A stretch of DNA of 64,000 bases from Tubulanus polymorphus (taxonomy: Eukaryota; Animalia; Nemertea), in the NCBI RefSeq assembly GCF_964204645.1, contig NC_134036.1, positions 1,240,001 through 1,304,000 on the forward strand, given 5' to 3'. The notes beneath the pieces are model-generated. The model was not told the DNA's origin. It saw only the letters and a program-made list of their open reading frames with translations, and searched no databases. Shown piece after piece: positions 52,366 to 64,000 of the stretch. The stretch's first letter is position 1, and every line of letters begins with the position of its first letter. The translations under genes and the position numbers were made by a program.

Positions 52366-55300
52366 TGCGTCTAGGTGCATCCTATTAGCGCAGAAACTAT
52401 AAAATATCGATAAAATAGACGTAATTGATGATAACCTCTTTACTTCAGGTGTGTAAGTGCACTGAATATAGAAGCCTGGAGTTATTACGCGTTAACGTTA
52501 GTGACATGTCGACGACGGCGGCGGCCATTTTGTTTTAGTGCGCCGTTAAAGGAAATAGCCCGGTGAAGAATGAGGCTATAAAATGGTTGTTATATCCGGC
52601 AATGTAACTATTTCTGCGATACATTACTCACTTACACTGATAAACTACACATCCGCTGATAACTATTCGTCATTCGCTCTCTATAATGATAATCAGGATT
52701 TTTTGACCATACGACAAAATGTGTTTATCGATTATTCTAATGATTATGATTATTTCTTATCATTCATCAGGTTCGAATCCCAGAAAATTGAATTTTTTCT
52801 TTTTGTCTAGGAAATTTGTATTATCTGCTTTAATGTTCTATTGTTATTGCGCAGCTACGCAAAAAAAATCCGTTTCATTCGGTAGAAAACGTTAAAGTTC
52901 AATTTCTTAGTATCCTTCAGTTCAAAAGTGAACGGTACAACTTTGCAGAAAACCCGTAATCGCTGCTTTGCGGCTATATTTATCATTCATTCGTTTTGTC
53001 TTATACTGATTATTCAATGATTTCAATCTGATCAAAATTTGAGGATGGAGGATTCCGCAGCTATCAATTTATACATGTAAAAACCCCTTATCGCTGCTTT
53101 GCGGCTATATTTATCATTAGTGTCTTTCTGTTTATATAATAATTTGTTTATTTAATATTGAAGTATCTTTATATTTGATGAATGAACGAAAGAGTAAACG
53201 ACTTTAAACTGAAGAAGGGTAGCAGAAACTGCACCCGAAGTATTTCTATTACGTTGTATTATCAAGTAAACCGATTACATCTTTCGAAGATAGTAAATAG
53301 ATTTTACATTCATAGTTTCATCGTTGATTATTCAAACAATAAACAAACAACCGGGCAAACATCATCTGATTTTCTGATGGTCTTCATCATCAGATCCCAT
53401 CCGACCAGAGTCCATCACAAACTTGCGAACTAATTGATATACACGCAGAGATTCCTATCTCTGATTCCGTGATCGGCTGCCGCTGCCGCTACGGAACGCT
53501 ATCTTACTAATCGACATTTAGCGTACCGCTTAATCCACACACAGCAATTGATTTCCTGATGCGCAGCAACGACGGTCTCAACAGCAGCGTTGAGTCAACG
53601 TTTAAACGTAAACGTTATCTAATCCACCAATAATGAATCGTACGGAACGTAAGCGTTCGTTCTAACGTTTAGATAATGTAAAACTAACGTAAAACGCCTA
53701 TCAGCAGACGATATAAGCCTACAACGTATTTTAGCGTTGTACATTTTTTTTTTCAAACGCTGCTTCAATAATGAAAGTTTTAACGGCGCTCGGGAACGCT
53801 GTTGTCAACGCTTCCGAACGTTTTTAATTATACGATCGTTGATCTTCCAATTATAGATGGATTTAGAGCATAATCCGGTAAACTATATTATTCTGTGATT
53901 ACTAGAAGCCTTTTTAGTCACACCGAATTAGTCCGGAAATTTCCGGGCATCAGCGAGTGTTTTAAAATATTCTCTACATAAAACAAAAAATTTAAACCGT
54001 TTTCATTCTTGGAGAGCTTGGTAGTGAGAAGTAACCTATGGTTACGCGATAACAATTTAGCTTTTTAGCTTTAGTTTTTAGCTTGAATTTGATTTTTGAA
54101 TATTCAAAACCGGCGTTGGCCCCTCCTAATCTCTTTTTATTTTGAGTTGACACTTTTCTGTCACTAGCTAGTTGTTCATGTGCGAGCTACCATCTAAATT
54201 CACTATTTATGTTTATCGCATATATCGGTTACTACATATTTTCGACAACAATTCAAACCGTTTTCGAAAGCTAGGATTTAAGAGAAAAAAACGTTAGTTT
54301 CTTTTTGTCATGTCGAAATCGTTTCGATTTTCTCACAACAGAAGCGACCGAGTAAAATACAAAACTCCAGTGAATAGATATCCTATGCGAGGTACTGGTC
54401 CTTACTTCGGCTCGTAACATCCATTAGCTTAATAACAATACCCGACCTACTATATCTCGGCGAAGTCGGCGAAGTCGGCGAAGTCGGCGAAGGCTTTTGA
54501 ATGTAAATTCCATTACGTTCTGGAGAAGGAGATTATTGCTAGCTTGCGCGTAAGTGACCGACGAACACATATCATCGTCTGCATCGATTCGCGGCGAAAG
54601 TCAATCTCGTATCTACCGGTTTAAGTCTGATAAAGGCCTCGCTTTTAAAAGCCGTCGCATTTTTAAAGCGTTGTGCCGTATGATAGGGAAGGCGTGGCTC
54701 GATAGAAATGTCAATCAATTACAGAAAAAATTAGGTGAACAATTGAATCGGTTGCGTTGGTGATTTTTATAGCCGCATTTACAACAACAATGTTGGACGT
54801 TAACCGGTTTCTTTTGAATCTCGATTTGAGAGGCGGGAGTGGGCGATCGTGAGTATGACCTATTGAAAAAAGAGGTAAAAGCAATTCAAGAAACAGATCC
54901 GGTCTAGAGTGGACATTTTTGAACGTACCACGTCGACGCGTGGCAGTAGACAAATTGATCTCCGGCGCTGCGGTCTATCGTGAAGAACGACGACGACTTT
55001 TTTTTTAGTTACGACGATGGCTCGGGTTGAAGTTTTACATCCGTCAGAGATTAAACGGTCGACGCGCGTTTAGATTAGCTTGAAGAGGTTTTTATAGAAT
55101 TAACTCTCAGTGTTTATCGTTGGCAAAACACATCACGCGAACTAATGGCACTTCAGGTATGCGCACGCGCGTGTCCACATTTCACTAATCCGACGCCGAC
55201 TGCCATCGCGTTTCTATCAGCCGGGTGATGAAGATTATACGATATGATTTTTGGAAGTGTTAAAGATGTTTTGAAAGTGGAATAATCTTTCCCGATACTG

Positions 55301-56054
55301 GGTTCTAGAACCAGTGCGGTAGTGAGGAATGATTATTGAATGATTATCTCAGTAATAAGATAAAAACCACTATGTACAATTTGAAAGAACTTCAAAATCA
55401 TTTTATAGCGATCATTTTCATATTTGATTTATCATTTGATAGAGAATTATGCAATTAATCTCAAGAAATGTGACAGTTCTTCACAAGCCGTCGGTCATCC
55501 CCTCAGGTACCAATAATAGAAAGGTCTCATGTTCCTCAGTCTTGTACTGCAGAGCAATTCGTTAGATTGGTTATAGAAACGAAATGGTCTCATAATCCAA
55601 GTAATGACTGACCTCAGGATAATCCAGTTACCTGATGATGTGATATAGAAATCCACAGAAAAATTGACTATAGTGTAATTCATTACTAGTTGATGATTAT
55701 GATGATTATTTCTGATACTAATGATGATAATGATTTTTGTCAGATATCTTTTTACAATATGATAATAATTATTTACAGATGAAATTACAAATTTTCTGAT
55801 AAATTCGTCGCGTGTTCAATAAGGCACATTGTAATATGTTACGTAATAATATGAACGAAAGTAACATTCCATAAACAGGTTCTAAAACACGTCACATTCC
55901 CCAAGTCCAAAAGTGGTCTCAAATCTTAAGGCTGGTCTTAAGTCTAAGCCATGACTATGCATTCTTTCACTTTTAAAAATCCACATATTTTGACTATCTT
56001 TGTATTGAATCCCGAATGAAACACGTTATATCATGTTGGATTAAAACCGGGTGT

Positions 56055-59000
56055 TTATTGTGTTCCAGTGAGTACAGTGTTTATATTATAAACTCGCAGT
56101 GAGTCCGTTTTATTACTGTTATCCCAGTGACGGATAACTACAGTGTTACTGTCACACACTTTGTGTATTTCACCTGTATCACTGTCTGCAGAGTTCAATA
56201 CTATGCGCGGGTGATCTATAAACCCCTCATCATTATATCTCATACTAATCACGGCTCCTTTGTTACCAGTCCCACAGTTTACCGATAGTAATACATGGTT
56301 ATCATTGATAACACATGGCTGTCCCACAAGTGGGTTAATTGTTAGTCCGGAATCTTTCACATTGATAGAACTGACCAGTTCCGCATCAGCTGTTAGATAG
56401 AGTAATCTTTCTGATCTATCACAGTATACAAACATGCGTCCCCGTGCGTCGACATCGAAACTGTTGATATAATCATACTCTCCATCCGGGAGCTGATATG
56501 TCTTCACACGGTCTCTATCAATTAAACTGTTTACAGGGTTTTCTAGTAAACGTAAAACACGAACGTCTCTACTTGACTGAATGTAAATATTGTGACCGCG
56601 AATGACTAGTGTTCCACACCCAGACACAATATCAGTGACATCTTCCTCTAACACTTTGTCCTGATCTTTATATTTTCTCAGGAAGAGTTTCTCGTTTTTC
56701 TCCACGACTACAAACAGGTGACCGTTACTATCTGTATCGAGTCCTAGTAAACAATCATCACCATCACACTCTATATATCTCTTCATTACATTATTATCAT
56801 CCATGTAATATATATCACTGCACTCCCATCCCGCACATATTATACGTGACTGTTGACCCGTCTGCTCACCAGGTAATGACGTCACTAGGTTAGGTGAGAA
56901 GTCTGTCTGAACCTGTTTACTGATCGTTAATGAATCAATGACGTCACCAATGAAACTCTCCACTTCATCCATTCTCCATATGACGTCACCAATAGATATC
57001 TCCAATTTATCTATTCTCCCTTTGACATCATTGATTGTTCTTCCTGTGACGTCATCGATAGTCTTATTCAGTTTTACTTCCAATGCTTCAAGTTGTTGTT
57101 CAGTACAGCACCGGTTCAGCCTCTCTTCAAGTTGTTGTTCAGTACAGCACCGGTTCAGCCTCTCTTCAAGTTGCTGTTCAGTACAGCACCGGTTCAGCCT
57201 CTCTTCAAGTTGTTGTCCAGTACAGAACCGGTTCAGCCTGTCTTCAAGTTGTTGTTCAGTACAGAACCGGTTCAGCCTCTCTTCAAGTTGTTGTTCAGTA
57301 CAGCACCGGTTCAGCCTCTCTTTAAGTTGTTGTTCAGTACAGCATTGGTTCAGCCTCTCTTCAAGTTGTTGTTCCGTACAGCACCGGTTCAGCCTCTCTT
57401 CAAGTTGTTGTTCAGTACAGCATTGGTTCAGCCTCTCTTCAAGTTGTTGTTCCGTACAGCACCGGTTCAGCCTCTCTTCAAGTTGTTGTTCAGTGCAGAA
57501 CTGGTTCAGCCTCTCTTCAAGTTGTTGTTCAGTACAGCATTGGTTCAGCCTCTCTTCAAGTTGTTGTTCAGTACAGCACCGGTTCAGCCTCTCTTCAAGT
57601 TGTTGTCCAGTACAGAACCGGTTCAGCCTGTCTTCAAGTTGTTGTTCAGTACAGCACCGGTTCAGCCTCTCTTCAAGTTGTTGTTCAGTACACCATTGGT
57701 TCAGCCTCTCTTCAAGTTGTTGTCCAGTACAGCACCGGTTCAGCCTCTCTTCAAGTTGTTGTTCAGTACAGCATTGGTTCAGCCTCTCTTCAAGTTGTTG
57801 TTCCGTACAGCACCGGTTCAGCCTCTCTTCAAGTTGTTGTTCAGTGCAGAACTGGTTCAGCCTCTCTTCAAGTTGTTGTTCAGTACAGCATTGGTTCAGC
57901 CTCTCTTCAAGTTGTTGTTCAGTACAGCACCGGTTCAGCCTCTCTTCAAGTTGTTGTCCAGTACAGAACCGGTTCAGCCTGTCTTCAAGTTGTTGTTCAG
58001 TACAGCACCGGTTCAGCCTCTCTTCAAGTTGTTGTTCAGTACAGCACCGGTTCAGCCTCTCTTCAAGTTGTTGTTCAGTACAGCACCGGTTCAGCCTCTC
58101 TTCAAGTTGTTGTTCAGTACAGCATTGGTTCAGCCTCTCTTCAAGTTGTTGTTCAGTACAGAACCGGTTCAGCCTCTCTTCAAGTTGTTGTTCAGTACAG
58201 CATTGGTTCAGCCTCTCTTCAAGTTGTTGTTCAGTACAGAACCGGTTCAGCCTCTCTTCAAGTTGTTGTTCAGTACAGCACCGGTTCAGCCTCTCTTCAA
58301 GTTGTTGTTCAGTACAGCATTGGTTCAGCCTCTCTTCAAGTTGTTGTTCAGTACAGAACCGGTTCAGCCACTCTTCAAGTTGTTGTTCAGTACAGAATCG
58401 GTTCAGCCTCTCCTCAAGTTGTTGTTCAGTACAGAACCGGTTCAGCCTCTCTTCAAGTTGTTGTTCAGTACAGAACCGGTTCAGCCTCTCTTCAACTGTG
58501 TCTATAGTGCGCTTCAATTGAGAGAATTGATTTTCTAAATTATCATGAAACAGTTTAACATTGTCAATTAGAGAATTAAGACGTTGATCAATGTCTGGTT
58601 GAACTGTTCGCGCTTCACTGATCGGTACAGTGTTAACTCTAAACACGTATTCGTTCCCGTGACGACTAGCACCGATCACAAGACCTGAACCTATTGATTG
58701 CGGAGATTGTTGAAGTCGTGATTTGTAGATTTCACACATTTCTTTAATTTCACATTTAACGATAAACACGTGATTCTGAGGTTGATGATTGAACGGGATC
58801 GGATGATTCGGTATCTCCACACCAGAGGGCGCATCTCTCCATTCTAATTTCACCTGAAATAGAAAACGACATTTTTATTTGACTCTCACCTCGAAGTGGT
58901 CACCCGTCTAGTATCACACGCGCATGATGATGAAACAAGATGAGAATTACAGATTCTTACCTCATCAAACGGCATCATCTGCACCGCTATTACGTGACCT

Positions 59001-59239
59001 GTATAGATGGTTTTTAGTTCGTGTTTAATAGCAGCCTCTAATTCTTCACACCACAGAGTTATATCAAGTTGTAATATATTTCCATCCGCAGTTATTCGAT
59101 CAGATTCCAAATTAAACAACGGCTGATAAAAGTAATTTTGTATCGTTCTGTACTCATTATCCTGATCGGACCAAACGGTAACGCGACGTCCTTTGAAAGG
59201 TACGGAAATCTCGAAACGATCCGGATTACTTGTAGCCAT
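56055..59239 (-). CDS. Uncharacterised 1025-aa protein: N-terminal globular domain, Cys-rich 13-aa-repeat coiled coil, C-terminal beta-propeller (NHL-like) domain
   Basis: Exon 59239-58961 (gtcaacATGG, 93 codons, donor GAG|gtaaga), 107-nt intron, acceptor tttctatttcag|GTG, exon 58853-56055 (932 codons plus stop). Blade-like motifs GLDTDSNGHLFVV and SFDVDARGRMFVY. Confidence 0.88.
57090..58493 (-). repeat. Coding minisatellite, 36 x 39 bp (EERLN[RQ][CF]CTEQQL)
   Basis: Exactly 1404 bp with no indels. Confidence 0.97.
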
Positions 59240-61539
59240 GTTGACCGTCAGTAATTAACACCAGAAATGAACTGAATGCGGTTTGGGCGTAGAACAGTCA
59301 GGTGATATTAGTCCCAAGGTCTGATTCTAATCGCGGTGACCTGTCAAATGTCCAGATTGCAGTGACTGGTAGGTATCTTAAATCATGGCCCCGATTATCA
59401 GATCTTGTGACGCAGTGGTTTTGTCTCGGGTAAATATTATAGACACATATAAATGGTTTCTCTATGAACTAGATAACGTCAGTAATCAACTCAGGTGTTT
59501 AATAAGAACAGTCACGTGATATGTCCAGGGTCTGATTCTAATCGGTGTTCAGACCCCTTTCTCATATTTCCTGAAGCACTTTTTTTGTCGAAATACTTTG
59601 AAAAGACAGAAATAAAATTGATAACGAGATTTCCAAGTTCGACGTGCCCACTTGGGAATTATCTGAAATCTAAGATCTGAAAGCCTGTCCTGAAAATTAT
59701 CAAACTCAGGCCAGGAATCCACCAACCTGACATCCGTATGACCCGTACTTTTCTGCTCAAAATCATACAGTCTGAATCTATGCCATCAGGCGGGTTGACG
59801 GTCGCGTTCGCTTTTCACCTAAAGATAGCCATCAGTCGGGTGGTGGAAGGCCGTTAAAATTCATGAATGAGGCGTTCGAATCCCGATACAACTCAGATGT
59901 TGTCAGTTATCACCTCGAGATAAATTTCTATTCGCGATGAAAAGTTTGTACACAGTCCACCCGGTGAAAAACTGGACGCTATTTACGTGTGTCACCAAAT
60001 CATAGCGTGAAAAGTGGGTCTAGTGAAAATGTTGAGAAATTAAACCTTAGCAATTTCTAGGTATTTGAGCTTGTGGCAAACTGAAGAATGATAAATTAGC
60101 AGGCTTGGGCGTCGTCAGGTGGTACCGAATTTTTTTGCTGGAATAATCTTCGTGGGGGGGGGGAACTGATAATCTAGAAGATAGCACTACCCCAGGTGCT
60201 GTACCCTGGATCCGCGCCTTAACCTTCGGCCGAATAAATATAGTAGCCGTGTATCGGGGTTTTTTAACCGTAGATTTTATTTTCTTTATACAGATGAGCA
60301 TGAACATAGATTTTCCTCAAATCGTCCGATCCAATTAAACGATTGTCTATTTCCACTTGACTTCAGGTGGCCTAGTTCAGTTATGATAACAACTATTTTA
60401 TGATTTTATGTAGGTTGGTTATCTAACATTAGAAAATAGATATTTTCGTGCTTTGCTGGTATATCTGAGGTATGTTTATTTCTCCTATCGGTTTGGTGAA
60501 ACTTGATTTCTGGTTTTTTTTTTAGTCACCGTGATTTGAGAGTTTCGCAGAAATCTCCTCAGTGTCTGAGGTAAATCAGACACTAAGGTTCTTGGTTAAA
60601 TCAACCGGCAGCTCCTTGGGCACTCTTTGCGTATTAGGCACCTCGGGCAGCCTGTCCGCGTCTTGGGCATCTCCGAACCGTAATCTGCCATATCAAAGGT
60701 TGCACAAAACCCACAATAATAAGAAATAAGAGCTAATTGTTTCTTACGGACTTTTCGGGTGCATGGATCGATTCCACCCCCGGTCAGAGACAGAGTTTAT
60801 TTGGTTCTTGGTTTCGGATGCAGCTATCTACGTTCAGAGCCAGAATTTATTTGATATATGTACCAGAACACTTTGCGGGTTCTTGGTTTAGGGAGCATTG
60901 TTTTTACCTACGGACTTTTTTTTTACATATGTATATAACACTTCGTGATGTATGAGCTATCGCCACTTCTCTGATCCCATAGAACACTGATTTTCAATCC
61001 AGTGACGTCGAATCGATGACAAGACGAACGATTTTCACGAATTCGGAAAATGTTGCTTTTTATTAGAAACAAAATATAATAACGCCTCTCATTTTATCGA
61101 TTATCATATTGTAAAAACCTTGCAGAGCGCTTACGATATGACGTATCGGGATCTGCTACCTGTGATTGATGCTCGACTCGATCGGGATTGACAACCCTCG
61201 CGTGCCGCAGCCCACTCGTCATCCATTTCGTCGACGAAAGTAGAATTTTACGAGTGATAAATAAATCTCGTATTTTGACAGATGAAGAAAGCGCTTGAAG
61301 CAGCTGCAGTCTAATTGTAAAACAGTCGTTAAATTCTTGGTACTGCTTTTAGTGTAAAACCGATATCGCTGCTTTGCGGCTATATTTAGCATAGTTAATA
61401 TCAAGGTCATTCGATAATGAGATTATTGATTAAGATGATTAAGGTTATAAGATGTTTTTTATTCAATAGATGAATTCCATGACTTTCAATATTTCGCGCG
61501 GGTCGCAATTTAAAGCGGTCTTTAATCGTAAGGTTGGTA

Positions 61540-62010
61540 TTAAGGTGTAAGATTGCCTTTAGAACCTAAATCAATTTAGACTGATCTGATGTTGTTAGAT
61601 TGACTTTTCAGCTAAAATGAGCTAAAAAAATTAACTCTGGTCTTAAGTTGTTATTGAACCAAAATGAGTTTAGACCTGTCCTAAGTTGTTAGATTGATTA
61701 TAGAACCACAATGAGCTTAGACTGGTATTAAGTTGTTAAATTGGTAATAGAACCCAAATGATCTTAGACTGGTCTTAAGTTGTTAGATTGGTTATAGAAC
61801 CAAAATGAGCTTAGACTGGTCTTAAGTTGTCAGATTAGTTATAGAACCAAAATGAGCTTAGACTGGTATAAGTTGTTAGATTGGTTATAGAACCAAAATT
61901 AACTTAGACTGGTCTTAAGTTGTTAGATTGGTTATACAACCAGAATAAGCTTAGACTGGTCTTAAGTTGTTAGATTGATTATTGATCCAAAATCAGTTTC
62001 GACTGGTTTT
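61540..62010. repeat. 47-bp satellite derived from the interior of MITE family B, ~9-10 copies
   Basis: Unit ttagactggtcttaagttgttagattggttatagaaccaaaatgagc (for example at 61764 and 61811). Confidence 0.88.
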
Positions 62011-62929
62011 AAGTTTTCTTAATGATTAAGATAAAGTTTATAGAACTTATAATATAGTTTCACTTAAACATTGGTCTTTAAATCTAAGCATCTGTAGATG
62101 TGGACAAACATATTAATGGACGTTAAATTCTTAATTGGAATTTTTCCTGCTGACACTATTTTATCATCCCTATTCAAATAGTCGTCTAGACACGTTTTCG
62201 TGTCGGCGTGAGCCTCGGTTTGATTTCTCGTCGAACGAGATACCTGATTTTTGATCGGTTAAAAATCCACGAATCGTCACGAATCGAAGGACATTTCATT
62301 ATCTAAAAGCCATTATATACTTTCTGATGTGGACCTTAATCAATCTGCGTCCCGGGCATAAACACGACACGTTGTTAAAATGGATTTAATATATCGCTGA
62401 AATGTCATTAAACTGTCTTGATATTGAAAAAAATATTCCCAAATGTTTTTCACTAATAGATTTCAACGATTCAGTAAAATTGTGATTAGTTACTGATGAC
62501 GACCTTCTCGTTCTCAATAACTTCAACGATTCAGTAAAATTACGATTAGTTAAAGGGGATTGTATTCTAACGTCTTCCTCCCAAGGCTGATTCTTGACCA
62601 CATGAAATAGTCCATAGATATGTTTGCCGATTGTACGTCATTGGCAAACTGCCCGAGGCGGCTGCAGTCCTAATGCACGTCACCTGGACCAAAAACATAC
62701 CCGATATCGAGCCGTGGCTGTTAAAAGACTTAACAAGTCACATTCGGAAAAAAGAATCCATTTTCTATCCGTCTAACAAACCGTAGATAGTAATGGATTG
62801 AGGAAGGGGCGGTTGCGAATAAAGTCGAATCCAGCGCAACAGTGAGATCCGTTGAGGTGACATTGTGTGTGATAAGGTCAGTTTCGAGTGCCTCGAGGGA
62901 AAATAGAATACCAGCCTTTAGATACCGCC

Positions 62930-63600
62930 AGGTGGCCATTATTTATTTACGTGATATTTCAGATTTTAGAATGATATCTAATTGAATTTCGAATTTTCGG
63001 TTATTTTAGATTAAGTCTAATTGACAGATTTGTGGCCATTTTGAATTTCATGATTTATCGTATGCTTTTTAAGTTACATAGGTTCCTAACTTGTTTTATT
63101 ATTACTGGCGTAAAGTCTAAATGACTATTTTGCGGCCGTATTGCAATTCATGTTATTTTAGATTTTAGAATGATACCTTAGCAAAGTCTATATGACTGCT
63201 TTGCGGCTGTATTGAATTTCGTGTTATTACGTATGCTATATTTTAAGTAACATGACATTTCAATGGTATCCTGTGTTGTAGAAATTAGACACGCCTAATT
63301 GCGTTTATATAACGTGATAAACAACGCAATATTTTGTCTTTCGACGCGGTGTCATTGGGTGTCACTTTAATAAAGCATAAGTGACTGCTTTGCGGCCGTA
63401 TTGAATTTCGAAACTATTATATATCTAGTCTCGGATTTTCCATTTTTTTTCATAGAAATTTGAGTCTAAAAAGGCTAGAATTACTTTGGGATCTTATTCG
63501 TTTCTCTGTTTTCATCCCGCTTCACTTTCATGACACTTCGTAATATTTATGTCATCATGCGTTGGCGGCCATATTGAGTTTCGATGATATATATTCTTAA
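62930..63600. repeat. Degenerate repeat with g(c/t)ggcc(a/g)tattgaatttc cores, probably a non-autonomous element interior
   Basis: About 6 cores, at ~62932, 63033, 63132, 63203, 63392 and 63564. Confidence 0.55.
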
Positions 63601-63782
63601 TTTCTAAACGATTTTGGGAGAGAGCACGCGGTCGAGATTTTCTGAGAAAAACGTCAGAACTATTTATTTTCATTATAGAAATACTTTTTTACCTAAATTT
63701 TCACTTCATAAGATATGATCAATGCTCAATCATTGATAACGCCTAGCGGCGGAAGAGTAAGATGGTATTCACGGGATTAATA

Positions 63783-63962
63783 AATCACGCCATCTTGTGG
63801 ATGAGTTAACATTCTTTAGTTAAATAAATGAAGATTGATCACGCCATCTAGTGGCGAAATAGTTAATATTTTCGAGGTAATTAAATTAAGATAAATCACG
63901 TCATCTAGTGGTGAAATAGTTTATATTTTTGAGATAGATGAATCACGCCATCTAGCGGTGGA
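63783..63962. repeat. 47-57-bp tandem repeat carrying atcacgccatctagtgg
   Basis: Four cores at ~63785, 63838, 63895 and 63942. Confidence 0.75.
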
Positions 63963-64000
63963 AAAAGTGGTAATGGAGGTTATCAACTCGTGGCGGGTAT

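Noticed and set aside
52436-52458. ctctttacttcag-GTGT-gtaagt as a 4-nt microexon of the plus-strand gene
   Set aside because: Signals look good but can arise by chance; no support without RNA data.
57090-58493. CRISPR-like appearance of regular repeats (also 28755-29092 and 61540-62010)
   Set aside because: No unique spacers, no cas genes, eukaryotic context.
56938-58538. Plus-strand ORFs of 527 and 481 aa
   Set aside because: Antisense shadows of the 39-bp coding repeat; only the minus frame has unique domains and splice signals.
58854-58890. Alternative donor AG|gtgaga near 58890
   Set aside because: It would leave a ~36-nt intron and shift frame; the 58961 donor is stronger and in phase.

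Overview
Eukaryotic (animal, probably marine invertebrate) genomic DNA, AT-rich and repeat-laden. Main content: (1) a 2.63-kb piggyBac element (6657-9287) flanked by TTAA, with 13-bp TIRs, palindromic sub-terminal repeats and a PGBD3-type transposase broken by one frameshift; (2) a five-coding-exon minus-strand gene (21580-12861, ~2582 aa) for a giant acidic disordered AHNAK/periaxin-flavoured protein with a 24-aa tandem repeat, recurring amphipathic G-F/L-x-D-K-x-K-G motifs and a C-terminal PDZ-type motif; (3) two tRNA-Ala(AGC)+tRNA-Ala(TGC) pairs plus a gutted tRNA-Ala pseudogene; (4) a plus-strand signal-peptide first exon (37650-37935) whose remaining exons I could not find; (5) a two-exon minus-strand gene (59239-56055, 1025 aa) with an unknown N-terminal domain, 36 near-identical Cys-rich 13-residue repeats whose 4-3-6 hydrophobic register fits a heptad+hexad (beta-layer) coiled coil, and a beta-propeller-like head. 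This last gene is the most novel-looking item. The rest is MITEs, SINE/LINE/LTR relics, satellites and microsatellites. All calls are by eye; no database searches were run.
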